From a virus (Duplodnaviria > Caudoviricetes): a stretch of DNA of 64,000 nucleotides. The position numbers were made by a program, and so were the translations under genes. The notes below the pieces were generated by a model. The model was not told the DNA's origin. It searched no databases and saw only the letters and a program-made list of their open reading frames with translations. The DNA is taken from the IMG/VR virus record IMGVR_UViG_3300033072_000537, positions 1 through 64,000 of that record; one strand, 5' to 3'. Shown piece after piece: positions 44,623-54,684 of the stretch. Position 1 is the stretch's first letter; every line of letters begins with the position of its first letter.

Positions 44623-44819
44623 GCCCGGCCGCCTCCATGTCACTGGCGCTCGTGCTGGTTTCCCTGGGCTTGATCCTCATGATCCTTGCCTTCGGCATGT
44701 GGATCGCGGCTCGCAAGTACCCCGCTGCTGAACCTCCGGCGGACCGCAGCGAACGGGCCATCTGTCTGGTACTCCTGGGCGCTGGTGCTTACGCGATGGC
44801 TCTTGGGTGTGCGTTATGA
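44619..44819 (+). CDS. Small two-TM membrane protein
   Basis: ATGA overlaps; two hydrophobic helices. Confidence 0.5.
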   Translation: MSPAASMSLALVLVSLGLILMILAFGMWIAARKYPAAEPPADRSERAICLVLLGAGAYAMALGCAL

Positions 44820-45025
44820 GCCGCTACGCCACCGGGGAGCCCGACGCCATCGACCGCGCCCGGCGCGTCACCGCGCTGGATGCCAAGATGGCGGGCGTGA
44901 TGTGCTCGTCTTTCCGCTGTGTCTGCTGCGGCAAGGATCGGAAGACCGAGGGCCGCAAGCAGATGGTCAAGGGCACGAACAAGTTCGGCTACAAGTGCGC
45001 GTGTTGCGTGGAGGAGGGGCAATGA
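44816..45025 (+). CDS. Small zinc-ribbon protein
   Basis: FRCVCC...YKCACC. Confidence 0.55.
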   Translation: MSRYATGEPDAIDRARRVTALDAKMAGVMCSSFRCVCCGKDRKTEGRKQMVKGTNKFGYKCACCVEEGQ

Positions 45026-45049
45026 GTCGAGCCGGTGCCGCCGCCGCTG

Positions 45050-45064
45050 GCGTGACGCCATAAT
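45050..45064 (+). promoter_or_regulatory. Late-promoter-like motif GCGTGAC-GC-CATAAT
   Basis: 8 nt upstream of the TerL ATG. Confidence 0.6.
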
Positions 45065-45072
45065 CCCCGCCT

Positions 45073-47142
45073 ATGCCGCCTGCAATCCGCTCAAAAACCC
45101 CAGACTACCGCGCAGGCCTGTCCGACATGATCGGCAGGCTGCGCGCCTGTACCGGCTTCGAGATCAAGCATAAGCCTATCGCCGACGGCGTGACCTTCCG
45201 CGCCTGGTGCGAGCAGCTCGGCAATGACGGCCTCAAGGTCGATGGCCGACCGTTCAAGCTCGACGACCGGCCGGCGATGGCCTGGATTTACGACCAGATA
45301 CCCAGCACCGAGGACGAGGCCTATCGCCTGATTCTGGTCCTGATGAAGTGCGCTCAGGTCGGTTTCACCGTGATGGAGATGCTCGCCACCATCTACCTGG
45401 GGCTGCGCTTCGGGCCGGCGACGGTCGGCATGTTCCTGCCCGACATGAACCTGGCCGGGCTGAAATCGTCCGAGCGCTTCATGCCGATTGTCCGCAGCGT
45501 GCCGACCGTGCATGCGCTCATGACACAAGAGTCGGCGGACGGCTCAGGCACGAAGAAGGGCGAGGGCAACGTCCGCACCCGGCGCATTGGCGACGCCATG
45601 TTCGTATTCTCTTGGACGTCCGGCCGGGCGACGACCGAGTCCATCCCGATGGACATCCTGTCGTTCGACGAGGTCCAGGAGATGACCATTGAGCAGATGG
45701 AGAAGACGCTCGAGCGCTTGTCGGCATCAAGCGTGCGCTTCGTGCTCATGGGTTCGACGGCCAACTGGCCGGACGCCGACATCCACCACTGGTACAAGCG
45801 CGGCAGCCAGTGCGAGTTTCATACTGAGTGCCCGCACTGCGGTGCCAGGCGGCCGCTAGACGACTACTTCCCGGACTGCATCCGGTACATCGCCGACGAT
45901 GGCATGCACCGCTATGTCTGCAAGGAGTGCGGCGGCGTCATCCGCGACACACAGCGCGGTGAATGGATCGCACGCAACCCCGAGGCTGACCCGCCCGTCG
46001 ATCCGTCGATCCCGAAGCGCGACCGCCCTCTGCGCATCCGCTCGATCCACTTCCCGCAGATGCTGTCGCCGACTATCTCAGCCGGCGAAATCATGGACTC
46101 GTACAATCACGCCGAGGACATGAAGAACTTTTTTAACCGGAAGCTGGGGAAGCCGTACCTGGACCCCAGCCAGGTGCCGGTTACGCTCGAGCACTTGGCG
46201 CGATGCGTCGAGCTCGGCAAAGAGGCCGGCATCACCTGGAAGACCCGCGCCCGCGGCACGTTCATGGGCATCGACCAGATGGGTCAGTTCAACGTCGTGG
46301 TGATCAAGGAGCGGCTGCCTGACGGTCGCCAGGCGTGCATTCACGTCGAGATGATCTACAGCGCGGACCCGTTCGCCCGCTGCTCCGAGCTCATGGAACA
46401 GTTCGGGGTGTCCGTGGCCGTGGTGGAAATCAACCCGAACTACAACGACGCCAAACGTTTCGCCAACCGGCACCCCGGGCGAGTCTTCATCTGCGACTCG
46501 TTCGGCACGGTGGCCGAGGGCATGATCCAGTGGGGCGACGCGCCGAAGCTCGACACGTCTGACCGCCGGACCGACGAGGAGGAGCGCGACCGCTACACGC
46601 TGCGCATGGACCAGTACAAGTGCATGCAGGTGTCCATGGCCAGGATCACGGGCACGAAAAACACCCCGCCGTCTCTACTGTTCCCGGACCCGCAGGGACT
46701 GGTGCAGGAGGTCAATGAGAAGGGCGTCAGGACCGTAAAGCCTGTCCTGCCTATCGCCTTCCATCACTTCACGAAGACCGCCCTGGTTGCCGAGAAAGAC
46801 GACGAGACGAACAAGTACCGCCGGAGCGTGAAGAAGGTCGGCATCGACCCTCACTTCTCCTATGCGAACATGCTCTGTGATGTGGCCTGGGCGCGCTCGC
46901 ATGGCACGGCGACGTTCATCATCCCAGAAGGCCCGGAGATCGACGCCTTGAACAAACGAGACGAGCTGCTGCGGCAGTCGCCGGTCGAGCTGCCGAATGC
47001 CGTGGTAGAGATGCTGTCGCACCAAGCGCCGGCAGATACGTGCGGGCGCTGCTCCGGCTACGAGGCCGGCATGTGCATGACTCACGGCTACCGAGTAAAA
47101 GAGGATGCCGTGGTCTGCGACTTCTTCGACCAGGCTTTCTAG
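45073..47142 (+). CDS. terL: Terminase large subunit (lambda GpA-like)
   Basis: KCAQVGFT Walker A, LSFDEVQE Walker B, GSTA, CPHC..CKEC, FFN.KLG.PY, MGIDQ, DPH. Confidence 0.88.
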   Translation: MPPAIRSKTPDYRAGLSDMIGRLRACTGFEIKHKPIADGVTFRAWCEQLGNDGLKVDGRPFKLDDRPAMAWIYDQIPSTEDEAYRLILVLMKCAQVGFTVMEMLATIYLGLRFGPATVGMFLPDMNLAGLKSSERFMPIVRSVPTVHALMTQESADGSGTKKGEGNVRTRRIGDAMFVFSWTSGRATTESIPMDILSFDEVQEMTIEQMEKTLERLSASSVRFVLMGSTANWPDADIHHWYKRGSQCEFHTECPHCGARRPLDDYFPDCIRYIADDGMHRYVCKECGGVIRDTQRGEWIARNPEADPPVDPSIPKRDRPLRIRSIHFPQMLSPTISAGEIMDSYNHAEDMKNFFNRKLGKPYLDPSQVPVTLEHLARCVELGKEAGITWKTRARGTFMGIDQMGQFNVVVIKERLPDGRQACIHVEMIYSADPFARCSELMEQFGVSVAVVEINPNYNDAKRFANRHPGRVFICDSFGTVAEGMIQWGDAPKLDTSDRRTDEEERDRYTLRMDQYKCMQVSMARITGTKNTPPSLLFPDPQGLVQEVNEKGVRTVKPVLPIAFHHFTKTALVAEKDDETNKYRRSVKKVGIDPHFSYANMLCDVAWARSHGTATFIIPEGPEIDALNKRDELLRQSPVELPNAVVEMLSHQAPADTCGRCSGYEAGMCMTHGYRVKEDAVVCDFFDQAF

Positions 47143-47369
47143 CCCCTGCCACGGGCCTTGCAGAGCTCGCGCTGCGTCGGTTCCGGTATCGTCTGGCAGT
47201 TAGCCGGGTTCGCCCCCAGCTCGACGCGGCAGCGCTCGCGCAGGGAATAGTCCCGGATGGCCGTACATGCGTGCGGCTGTCCGACCTCAAGCGCACGGCA
47301 GTAGGCGCGCTGGTCTGGGTCGTGGATCATGATGCAGGAGGCTGCGGCGAGGATCAGTATCGTTTCCAC
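47139..47369 (-). CDS. Small Cys-repeat protein
   Basis: GTG start; three C..I.D...R..C.A repeats. Confidence 0.55.
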   Translation of the reverse strand: METILILAAASCIMIHDPDQRAYCRALEVGQPHACTAIRDYSLRERCRVELGANPANCQTIPEPTQRELCKARGRG

Positions 47370-47566
47370 TTCGGCTCCTTCAAAAACTCGGCAAGCGCGG
47401 CCCTTGCTGCCCACACCCGCTTGGCAATCATGGTCCGCGTGGAGTGCTGGATTTCTTCTGCTGACAGGTGCAGCGCGTAGCGCCTGGTGCTGCCGTCTGG
47501 CATCGGGCGCACCATGAAATAAGCGCGCCCGCCGTCTGGATAGTCAATCCGCCGGTTTTTGATCAC
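47354..47566 (-). CDS. Hypothetical protein
   Basis: GTGA overlap with the upstream gene; GGAGG SD. Confidence 0.45.
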   Translation of the reverse strand: MIKNRRIDYPDGGRAYFMVRPMPDGSTRRYALHLSAEEIQHSTRTMIAKRVWAARAALAEFLKEPKWKRY

Positions 47567-47868
47567 GGCTGGCCCTCCACCTCGGCGATGGCCGCCTCGA
47601 TCTTCGCCAGCGCCGCCCTGGCGTTCGCGAGGAAGCACACGGACTGCAGCACCTCCTCGGCGACGTGCAGGGCGTGGACCAGGTTGTCCCGGTGCGTGAT
47701 GAGCGTGGCGACGGCCTGGGGGGCTTCCTTGGCCAGGTCGGTGCCGGAAGGTAAGCTCAGGGCGTGGCCGACGCGTTGCAGGGCATCGGCCTGGTGGCGC
47801 AGGTTGTCGAGTTGCTTGTTCTGCATGTCGATCTGCTGGCGCAGGCCTAGTTCGATGGCGAAGGTCAT
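47563..47868 (-). CDS. Hypothetical protein
   Basis: 101 aa; ARAALAK..AAIA. Confidence 0.6.
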   Translation of the reverse strand: MTFAIELGLRQQIDMQNKQLDNLRHQADALQRVGHALSLPSGTDLAKEAPQAVATLITHRDNLVHALHVAEEVLQSVCFLANARAALAKIEAAIAEVEGQP

Positions 47869-48122
47869 CGCTGCACCCCTTGGCTCTCGACCAGTCCGCC
47901 GTCAGCAGTCCACGATTCAATCTTGCTGATGTCACCGACTAGGCCAGCATTCTCAAATTCGCCAGCAGCCAGAGCAGCAAGCGAAGCCATGCAGGACTCG
48001 CATCCGCACAGCTCGCCACCGCAAAGGCATTTCACAATGCCAAGATGGGCCTGCTCTAAGGCATCTTCGGTGGCGAACGTCAGCGCGCGCAAGCAATCTT
48101 GGCACAGGGCTTGGCGGCTCAT
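47865..48122 (-). CDS. Cys-rich hypothetical protein
   Basis: CQDC, CLCGGELCGCESC. Confidence 0.6.
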   Translation of the reverse strand: MSRQALCQDCLRALTFATEDALEQAHLGIVKCLCGGELCGCESCMASLAALAAGEFENAGLVGDISKIESWTADGGLVESQGVQR

Positions 48123-48799
48123 ACTGCACCGCCTTTCACTCGGGCGATGGCGTCATCTGCCATTTGGCGAGCATCCAGTCCGGTCATCCCGATTCGGTCA
48201 ATCGCCTCCAGCAGGTCGTCGCGCTGCTTGATCAGGCCGGCGATCCTGTTCTCCATCGTGAGGACCATGCGAACCCGGACGAACCCGGCTGCGCGCAGTT
48301 CGTCGTCGGAGAGGGTAGAGAGGTCGCTATCGCGTGGCATAAAAATAACGCCGCTCAGTCCTGTCACAGAACGGCGCATCCAGTCGCCGATAGACTTCGC
48401 TTCTTCTTTGGAAACGCCGTCGGACTTTATCACGATCAGATCGCTGCCGGGATTTATCGACTGGACAATAGCGTTCTTGGCGCAGTCAAGTTCGGCCAGC
48501 AGCTGGTCGCGCTCAACCTGCACACGCTTGGCGGCGTCAGCGGCTTCGCGGTAGCTTTCTAGCATGTGCACCTGAGTCTCAATGGCCCTCATTTTGTCGT
48601 CGATAGCGGCCTTGTAGCCCGGGGCGTCCTCCAGCACTTCGGTGTGGACACCCTCGCACGCATTCACGCAGGCCACGATGCGGCGGGCGTGCTCTTCGGT
48701 TAGGCCATGGGCAATCTGTTCGTTCCCTTGGCTTAGATACCAACCGTCATTGTCTTCACCGTAGACTATCGGCTCCGGCGTATTCTCCTTTTCGCTCAT
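48119..48799 (-). CDS. Hypothetical phage protein
   Basis: ARRIVACVNACEG motif, QRDDLLEA. Confidence 0.7.
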   Translation of the reverse strand: MSEKENTPEPIVYGEDNDGWYLSQGNEQIAHGLTEEHARRIVACVNACEGVHTEVLEDAPGYKAAIDDKMRAIETQVHMLESYREAADAAKRVQVERDQLLAELDCAKNAIVQSINPGSDLIVIKSDGVSKEEAKSIGDWMRRSVTGLSGVIFMPRDSDLSTLSDDELRAAGFVRVRMVLTMENRIAGLIKQRDDLLEAIDRIGMTGLDARQMADDAIARVKGGAV

Positions 48800-48806
48800 A
48801 CCCGCC

Positions 48807-48992
48807 TCACTTCGCCAGGCTGCCCATAACTGCCGCAGCGGCCCCGCAGATGATCAGGCCGAGGCCCATGGCGATCACCGGCTCATAACCCCCCATCGGC
48901 ATGGCACCGAGGCCGTGGTTCTGGGCAAAGGACAGGCGTTCAAAGCCGAGGCCGACCAGGACGGCGGCGACGATGTAGAAAATGGCTTTCAT
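48807..48992 (-). CDS. Small membrane protein
   Basis: AAGGAG SD; two hydrophobic segments. Confidence 0.55.
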   Translation of the reverse strand: MKAIFYIVAAVLVGLGFERLSFAQNHGLGAMPMGGYEPVIAMGLGLIICGAAAAVMGSLAK

Positions 48993-49025
48993 GGAAATCT
49001 CCTTGGGTTGAATACAATCCTAGTA

Positions 49026-49096
49026 TTGTTCAAATTTGGATAACTGGCAAGTAGATCAGTTATAGCCCGCCCTCGGCGGTGTCGTGACATTACCCT
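49026..49096. promoter_or_regulatory. Back-to-back early promoter/operator (minus) and late-type promoter (plus)
   Basis: TTGTTCAAATTTGGATAA at 49026-49043 inside minus-strand TTGCCA-17-AATACT; TCGTGAC-AT-TACCCT at 49082-49096. Confidence 0.65.
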
Positions 49097-49104
49097 TCCA
49101 GGGT

Positions 49105-50931
49105 ATGACTACCGACACCGCCCGCTCCGTAGCGTTTGATCCGCGCGCCCCCGAGGACGAGCGGTACGACGCCAATCTGGAAATCCAGCAGTCAGCCACG
49201 GCTGCCGGACCTCACGCGAAGTTCGCGGAGATCATCGACTTCATTAAGTCGGACTACGCCGAGCAGGACTTCATGAAGTCCATAAGCGACGCGAAGATCG
49301 TTCAATTCCCATCGAAGCAGGCGCAGCAGAACCGGCCAGGCATGCAGTCCGTGTTTCTGGACGACATGCAGATTTCCTGGCAGGGCGGCTACTTTGAGAA
49401 ACAGGGCTCGCTCAACTTCGCCACGCTGCGCGCGATGGCCGAGGGCACGCCCCTGATTTCGTCGATCATCATCACCCGCATGCGCCAAGTCGCCCGCTTC
49501 TGCGCCCCGCAGGAGTCTGGCGAGGGGCCGGGTTTCGCCATCCGGCACATTGAGAAGAATCACGCCCTGTCCGACGAGGAGCAGAACAGCGTCAATCTGC
49601 TGACGAAGTTTTTCCAAAACTGCGGCTGGGAGATGAACCCACGCAAGCGCCGTAAGCTCAAGCGAGACGACTTCTCGTCGTTCATGATGAAGTCCGTCCG
49701 CGACACGCTGGTCATGGACAACGCGCCCATTGAAACCGAGCTCAAGCGCGACCGTGATCTGGGCATCGATGGCTTCTATGCGGTCGATGGCGCGTCCGTG
49801 TTCCTGGTCAATGAACTAGACTACGACGGCGACGATGAGATTTTTGCCTGTCAGGTCGTCAATGGGCAGATTCGCGCGGCCTACAGCTACGACGATCTGA
49901 TCCTGGTCCCGCGCAACCCATCCTCGTCGATTCTGACCGCTGGCTACGGCACGTCCGAGCTGGAATTCCTGGTGAAGATCGTCACCGGCTTCCTGAATGC
50001 GCTTGAGATCAACCTGTCCGGGATGAGCAAAAACTCAATCCCGCGCGGCTTCATGTCCCTGATCGGCAACTACGACGAGCGCGACCTAGCTGCCTTCAAA
50101 CGCTACTGGACCTCGACCGTCCGCGGCGTGCAGAACCGGTTCAACATGCCGGTGATGGTATCTAAGGACGCCGAGAGCAAGGCCGAGTTTGTCGAGATCG
50201 GCAATCAGGTCGATGAGGTGATGTACCAGAAGTGGATGGAGCTGCTCGGCGCTATCGCGTGCGCGGTCTATTCCATCGCGCCCGAGGAGATCAACTGGAC
50301 CTCCTTTACGGCTTCCAAGTCGTCGCTATCTGGCTCCGATACGTCAGAGAAGCTGGCGCAATCAATGGACAAGGGCCTGCGCCCGCTGCTGTCCTACTAC
50401 CAGAACCTTTTCACCGATTACATCCTGTCGGACTTCTCCGACAAGTACGTGTTCCGCTGGACCGGCCTAGACGAGGAGGACGAGCAGCAGCGTTTCGAGG
50501 CGCGCAAGCTGGCGCAGACATGGAATGAATTCCGGGCGGCCGAGGGCCTCGAGGCCATCGAAGGCGACCAGGGCGAGATGCCGATGAACCCGTCGTTTAT
50601 CGGCCCCTGGATGCAGATCAAGGGCATTGGCCAGCAGCAGCCCGACCAGGGCCAGGGCGAAGATTTCGGAACACCTCCCGAGGGAGAAGATGCGCAAGAC
50701 GAAGCGAACGGCGATGCTGGAGGCCAAGACCAAGGCGAGCAGGGCGGACCCGATGAAGGCGGTTCGCCTGATGCGGCGCAGGGCCAAGCGGATGCAGGAG
50801 AGGGCGGCGAGGCTGGCGGTGACGCTTGGTCGCCGGACTTCGGAAAGCAATCAGGACTCGACTTCGGCAAGGCATTGGCTGTGGGCGAGCAGTTCGGCCT
50901 GCCTGTAATGAGCATCTGGGGGGATCAGTGA
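49105..50931 (+). CDS. Portal protein
   Basis: VPRNP..GYGTSELE, NSIPRG, ACAVYSIAPEEIN, KGLRPLL, KYVFRWTG; acidic Gly/Gln-rich C-terminal tail. Confidence 0.85.
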   Translation: MTTDTARSVAFDPRAPEDERYDANLEIQQSATAAGPHAKFAEIIDFIKSDYAEQDFMKSISDAKIVQFPSKQAQQNRPGMQSVFLDDMQISWQGGYFEKQGSLNFATLRAMAEGTPLISSIIITRMRQVARFCAPQESGEGPGFAIRHIEKNHALSDEEQNSVNLLTKFFQNCGWEMNPRKRRKLKRDDFSSFMMKSVRDTLVMDNAPIETELKRDRDLGIDGFYAVDGASVFLVNELDYDGDDEIFACQVVNGQIRAAYSYDDLILVPRNPSSSILTAGYGTSELEFLVKIVTGFLNALEINLSGMSKNSIPRGFMSLIGNYDERDLAAFKRYWTSTVRGVQNRFNMPVMVSKDAESKAEFVEIGNQVDEVMYQKWMELLGAIACAVYSIAPEEINWTSFTASKSSLSGSDTSEKLAQSMDKGLRPLLSYYQNLFTDYILSDFSDKYVFRWTGLDEEDEQQRFEARKLAQTWNEFRAAEGLEAIEGDQGEMPMNPSFIGPWMQIKGIGQQQPDQGQGEDFGTPPEGEDAQDEANGDAGGQDQGEQGGPDEGGSPDAAQGQADAGEGGEAGGDAWSPDFGKQSGLDFGKALAVGEQFGLPVMSIWGDQ

Positions 50932-52670
50932 ATCCGAAGACCCCTGCCAAGCCGCAGAGCTCCCCGTCTAAGCGTGCAGGCTCCCCAGCCAAGCAGGCCC
51001 GCAAGCCCGGCGTAGAGGTTGGCGACCACGTTTATTTCAAGCTGGGCGACCAGCACACGCACGGCAAGGTCGTATGCCACGGCGAGCACGGCTGCCACAT
51101 CGACCACGATGGCGGGCGATCCCGTGTCTATTGGTCCGACGTGCTCGGCCACCGTTCCCGGTCTGCCAAGTCGGCCAAGGTCATCGACCAGGGCGACGAC
51201 GGATTCCTCATGGAGGACGACAAGGGGCGTCGCCGCTTTGTTGCCGGCGAGCTGCCGGAGCAGGAGCCCGAGAGGCGCGAGGACACGCCAGGCGACCACG
51301 CTGCCATTGCTGAATCCATCAAACAGGCTACCCCTATGACCAAATCAATTCTCCCGCCTGACGGCCGGATCGTGTTTCTCAAGGGCGGCCCGGTGGCTAA
51401 CCGCCCCGGCCTGACCCAGAAGAAGATCACCGACAAGGCAGGCCACCAGACAACCCGCTTGGTGCGCACAAATGCGCAGGCACCAGCGAACGATAACGGC
51501 GGTGGCAAAGACCCGGACCCGACTGATCACCGTGGCGCTGGCGCTGGTTATGGCACCCATGACATCCAGCCGGGTGCGCGGGTCAAGTTCCTTGCCGGCG
51601 AGCACAAGGGCGAGGGCGAGGTAACGGCAATCGGCAAGCACGGCCTGACGGCGAAAGACGCGACTGGGCGCGAGCACCAGGTTCATCACCATGAGGTGAC
51701 GCACTACCAGCCCGCCCCGGACCAGAAGAAGCCCGATGTCGAGAATACCGTTCTTGGCAAGCAAGACCCGATCCCGGCGGAGTCGTTCAAGGCGTCCGAC
51801 TACGCCAAGTCGCACGATCAGGCTGACGTGAATGCCGACGCGATCCTGGCGCACTTCCCGGCCGACACAAAGGACCGGATTGCGGCTGCTCAGGAGCGCC
51901 TGAAAGACATCGAAGACACGATGTCGCAATACCAAAAGGACGGCGTCTGGGACGCAAAGCGGCAGGTTCTTCACCACCAGATCATGGCGAACCTGTTCTC
52001 TCCCGAGGCGATCAAGAAGGCGACTCCGGCCGAAGGCCAGCAGCCTACGTTCATCATCTTGGGCGGGCGAGGCGGCTCAGGTAAGAGCTCGTTTGCTGGC
52101 GCGGTCTATGACCCCGAGAAGTTCCTCGTCCTTGATGCTGACCATATCAAGGGCATGATCCCTGAGTATGAGGGCTGGAATGCCGCGCAGGTCCACAACG
52201 AGTCCGGCGAGATTTTCGACAACGCCGTGCGTATCGCTCGCACCCTCGGGCTGAACGTCTGCCTGGACAAGACGATGAAGACCGCCAAGTCGGCGATTGC
52301 TGACGTCCAGTCCTTCAAGGACGCCGGCTATCGCACCGAGGCGCACTACATGCACCTGCCTCGCCAGGAGGCCGCCAAGCGCGCCGTGGGGCGCTTCCTT
52401 GGTGGCGGCGAGAAGGGGCGCTACGTGCCGGTCGACGTCGTGCTGTCGAACACCACGAACGAGGACGCATTCGACCAGGTCAAGGGCATGGTTGATGCTT
52501 GGTCGTTCCGTGACAACAACGTACCCAAGGGCTCGAAGCCGATCCTGATTTCGCAGTCTGGCGGGGAGAAGAAGCCGGACAGCGTCGGCGACGTCAGCCA
52601 GGGCGATGCACCGGATTTGAAGAAATCCGAGGACGCAGGTAAAATGATCCTGCTTTTCAGGAGAATGTGA
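50928..52670 (+). CDS. Multidomain protein with SH3/KOW-like repeats and a C-terminal zeta-toxin (P-loop kinase) domain
   Basis: GTGA overlap with portal; ILGGRGGSGKSS, LDADHIK..IPEY, VHNES, LDKT, GRYVP, DNN. Confidence 0.75.
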   Translation: MNPKTPAKPQSSPSKRAGSPAKQARKPGVEVGDHVYFKLGDQHTHGKVVCHGEHGCHIDHDGGRSRVYWSDVLGHRSRSAKSAKVIDQGDDGFLMEDDKGRRRFVAGELPEQEPERREDTPGDHAAIAESIKQATPMTKSILPPDGRIVFLKGGPVANRPGLTQKKITDKAGHQTTRLVRTNAQAPANDNGGGKDPDPTDHRGAGAGYGTHDIQPGARVKFLAGEHKGEGEVTAIGKHGLTAKDATGREHQVHHHEVTHYQPAPDQKKPDVENTVLGKQDPIPAESFKASDYAKSHDQADVNADAILAHFPADTKDRIAAAQERLKDIEDTMSQYQKDGVWDAKRQVLHHQIMANLFSPEAIKKATPAEGQQPTFIILGGRGGSGKSSFAGAVYDPEKFLVLDADHIKGMIPEYEGWNAAQVHNESGEIFDNAVRIARTLGLNVCLDKTMKTAKSAIADVQSFKDAGYRTEAHYMHLPRQEAAKRAVGRFLGGGEKGRYVPVDVVLSNTTNEDAFDQVKGMVDAWSFRDNNVPKGSKPILISQSGGEKKPDSVGDVSQGDAPDLKKSEDAGKMILLFRRM

Positions 52671-52855
52671 TGCCGATCCCGACCCCGCAAGAACGCCCCG
52701 ACCTCTACGACGATTACGATGGTCGTCCCGATGTAGCCAAGCCTGGCGAGCAGAAGTATTGGGATAGCGTGGTTCCTGACCATGTAAAGGAAATGCTGGC
52801 GCAGAAGAGCGGCCAGCAGGCGCCGACACCGAAGCCTGACCAGCAGGCAGAATAA
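52667..52855 (+). CDS. Small acidic protein (possible zeta partner)
   Basis: AGGAG SD; overlaps the zeta stop. Confidence 0.5.
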   Translation: MMPIPTPQERPDLYDDYDGRPDVAKPGEQKYWDSVVPDHVKEMLAQKSGQQAPTPKPDQQAE

Positions 52856-52882
52856 AAAACCCCGCTTCGGCGGGGTTTTTTA
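52855..52882. terminator. Bidirectional intrinsic terminator
   Basis: A run-CCCCGC-TTCG-GCGGGG-T run between convergent genes. Confidence 0.85.
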
Positions 52883-53056
52883 TTTCAAGGTACGAATTTC
52901 AACAAGCGTTCCCGTGACACGGATGTTCCCGCCCTCTGGGTGCATGATCAGGATGTCTGTCGCCATCTGGTCGGCAAGGGACGGATGTACGCCCTTGCTG
53001 ATCAGGCTGGCGGCCAGCTTGGCGACCCGCTCCGGGTCTGGTTTGACGGGCTTCAT
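52880..53056 (-). CDS. Hypothetical protein
   Basis: ATGA overlap within the leftward operon. Confidence 0.45.
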   Translation of the reverse strand: MKPVKPDPERVAKLAASLISKGVHPSLADQMATDILIMHPEGGNIRVTGTLVEIRTLK

Positions 53057-53388
53057 TCGTCGATCAAGCGCCACTCGTACCCCCGGCTGCGGGAGTAGGT
53101 CGGCGCATCGTCCCTGTTCCGGCGCTCGATGTGGCCTTCGTCTCTGAGCTTACGAAGGTGCAGCGTTGATGACGTCGCAGCGTAGCCGAGCGCTCCCTCG
53201 ATTGCGGCCTGGGTCATCCAGCCCTTCCCCTGCATCGCGCTACGGTAGGCTTTCACGGCCTTCTCGCTTTTCGACTTAGCTCCCAGGGCCAAGTTCTTGA
53301 GCCGCTGTTCGTGGATGCGAGATTCCGTGTCGGCCTGGTGAGCGCTGGAATTGGCGGCGGCTATGATTTGCGCGGCTATGTTCAGCAT
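53053..53388 (-). CDS. Winged-helix-like protein
   Basis: WMTQAAIEGALGY..LRKLRDEGHIE. Confidence 0.55.
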   Translation of the reverse strand: MLNIAAQIIAAANSSAHQADTESRIHEQRLKNLALGAKSKSEKAVKAYRSAMQGKGWMTQAAIEGALGYAATSSTLHLRKLRDEGHIERRNRDDAPTYSRSRGYEWRLIDE

Positions 53389-53702
53389 TTGTGCCCACCC
53401 ATTTCGTTCCAGTGGGCAGCCAAAGCCTCGACGGCGCTTTCGTCTGCGTGGAACATCACTGGAGAGCCAGTGCTCTTTTCGCCAAGACGCATGCAGTTGA
53501 AGCCCTTGCTGTCGAGGACGGTCGATCCGAAGTCGCATGTGAAAACGGAGTAGGGGCCGCCATCCGCCAGCTCGTGCTTGGCCGCCCAGGATTTCAACCA
53601 GAATGACGAGCTATCAACGGTTGCGCTGTCGGGGGTGTCATCGGGGAAAACAAATCCCATTTGGCGCAGTTTGCCGACCAATGTGCGATCTGTTTCGATC
53701 AT
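53382..53702 (-). CDS. Hypothetical protein
   Basis: 106-aa ORF in an overlapping operon. Confidence 0.55.
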   Translation of the reverse strand: MIETDRTLVGKLRQMGFVFPDDTPDSATVDSSSFWLKSWAAKHELADGGPYSVFTCDFGSTVLDSKGFNCMRLGEKSTGSPVMFHADESAVEALAAHWNEMGGHKC

Positions 53703-54064
53703 GCTGCCACCTCCTGGCGACCGGCAAGGCCGCAGTATCCGTGTGTAGGGGCGTCCGGAACGTCGATAGTCGCCTCGTATTTTTGGTATGCTGGCGGCCC
53801 GATGAGTTGAGCCACGGCACGCTCACGGATTTCAATTTCCTTGTGCATGGTCGTGCTCGGCACCCACCGCCACATGGCGCACTCGCTGGCGATGCAGCGG
53901 CAGGAGGGCGGGACGCGACTGCGGCCGAGGGCGTCGGTGTTGCAGCCGGCGACGACGGTGTTGTTGTAGGCAGTGTCCGGTGCGTGCGGCTGGATGAGTT
54001 CGCGCCGCGCGATCCGCACCATCGGGCACCAGAGCTCGCGGGCTTGGGATTCGGTGTGGCTCAT
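53699..54064 (-). CDS. Cys-rich hypothetical phage protein
   Basis: WCP, CIASECAMWRW, GYCGLAG. Confidence 0.65.
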   Translation of the reverse strand: MSHTESQARELWCPMVRIARRELIQPHAPDTAYNNTVVAGCNTDALGRSRVPPSCRCIASECAMWRWVPSTTMHKEIEIRERAVAQLIGPPAYQKYEATIDVPDAPTHGYCGLAGRQEVAA

Positions 54065-54684
54065 GCTGCACCGCCTTCCGTGTCATCGCACTGGAAGCGC
54101 ACCGGCATGGCTTCATTTCGCCCGCAGTCCGGGCAGTAGTAGACGGGCGTGCCGTCGCCCATGTGCTGCGTGATGGTGCTGGGGTGGAGGCAGGGGGCGC
54201 TGGGGGGGCTGCCTTTTGTATTGGCGATGGCGGCGCTGATCTTCTCGATGATCATTGCGTTCCAGCACGAACAAGGCTCAACGAAGTTTGAGATAACAAA
54301 CCGGCAGTCCCACTCATGGCCGCCAAAAGACAAAACATCATCTTTCAGGTCGGCCAGAACCGCCAGCAGCTGGTCAATCTTTTGCTCTGCGGTGACGGCG
54401 CGAACGTGCATATCGGTGACCTTGCGCGCCAAGTCGCGCTTCTTCTCCTCAAGCGTTTCGACCCGCTGCCGATTGAACGCCTCGGCCACTGCCTCGCCGT
54501 GAGCCTCAGCCTTGAGCCCGAGCAGCTCGGCCACCCGTGCCAAGGCCTTGAGGCCGTCGCGCGACATGAACTCGTGCCGGTAATTGTCCTTTCCGACCCG
54601 CTTTGAACTGACGAAAAAAATGCCTTCGCCTTCGTCGATGGTGATCCTGACACCGTTGTTCTGGTTGGTTGTACTTCTCATCAC
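54061..54684 (-). CDS. Hypothetical protein with C-terminal zinc ribbon
   Basis: 207 aa; CPDCG. Confidence 0.55.
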   Translation of the reverse strand: MMRSTTNQNNGVRITIDEGEGIFFVSSKRVGKDNYRHEFMSRDGLKALARVAELLGLKAEAHGEAVAEAFNRQRVETLEEKKRDLARKVTDMHVRAVTAEQKIDQLLAVLADLKDDVLSFGGHEWDCRFVISNFVEPCSCWNAMIIEKISAAIANTKGSPPSAPCLHPSTITQHMGDGTPVYYCPDCGRNEAMPVRFQCDDTEGGAA

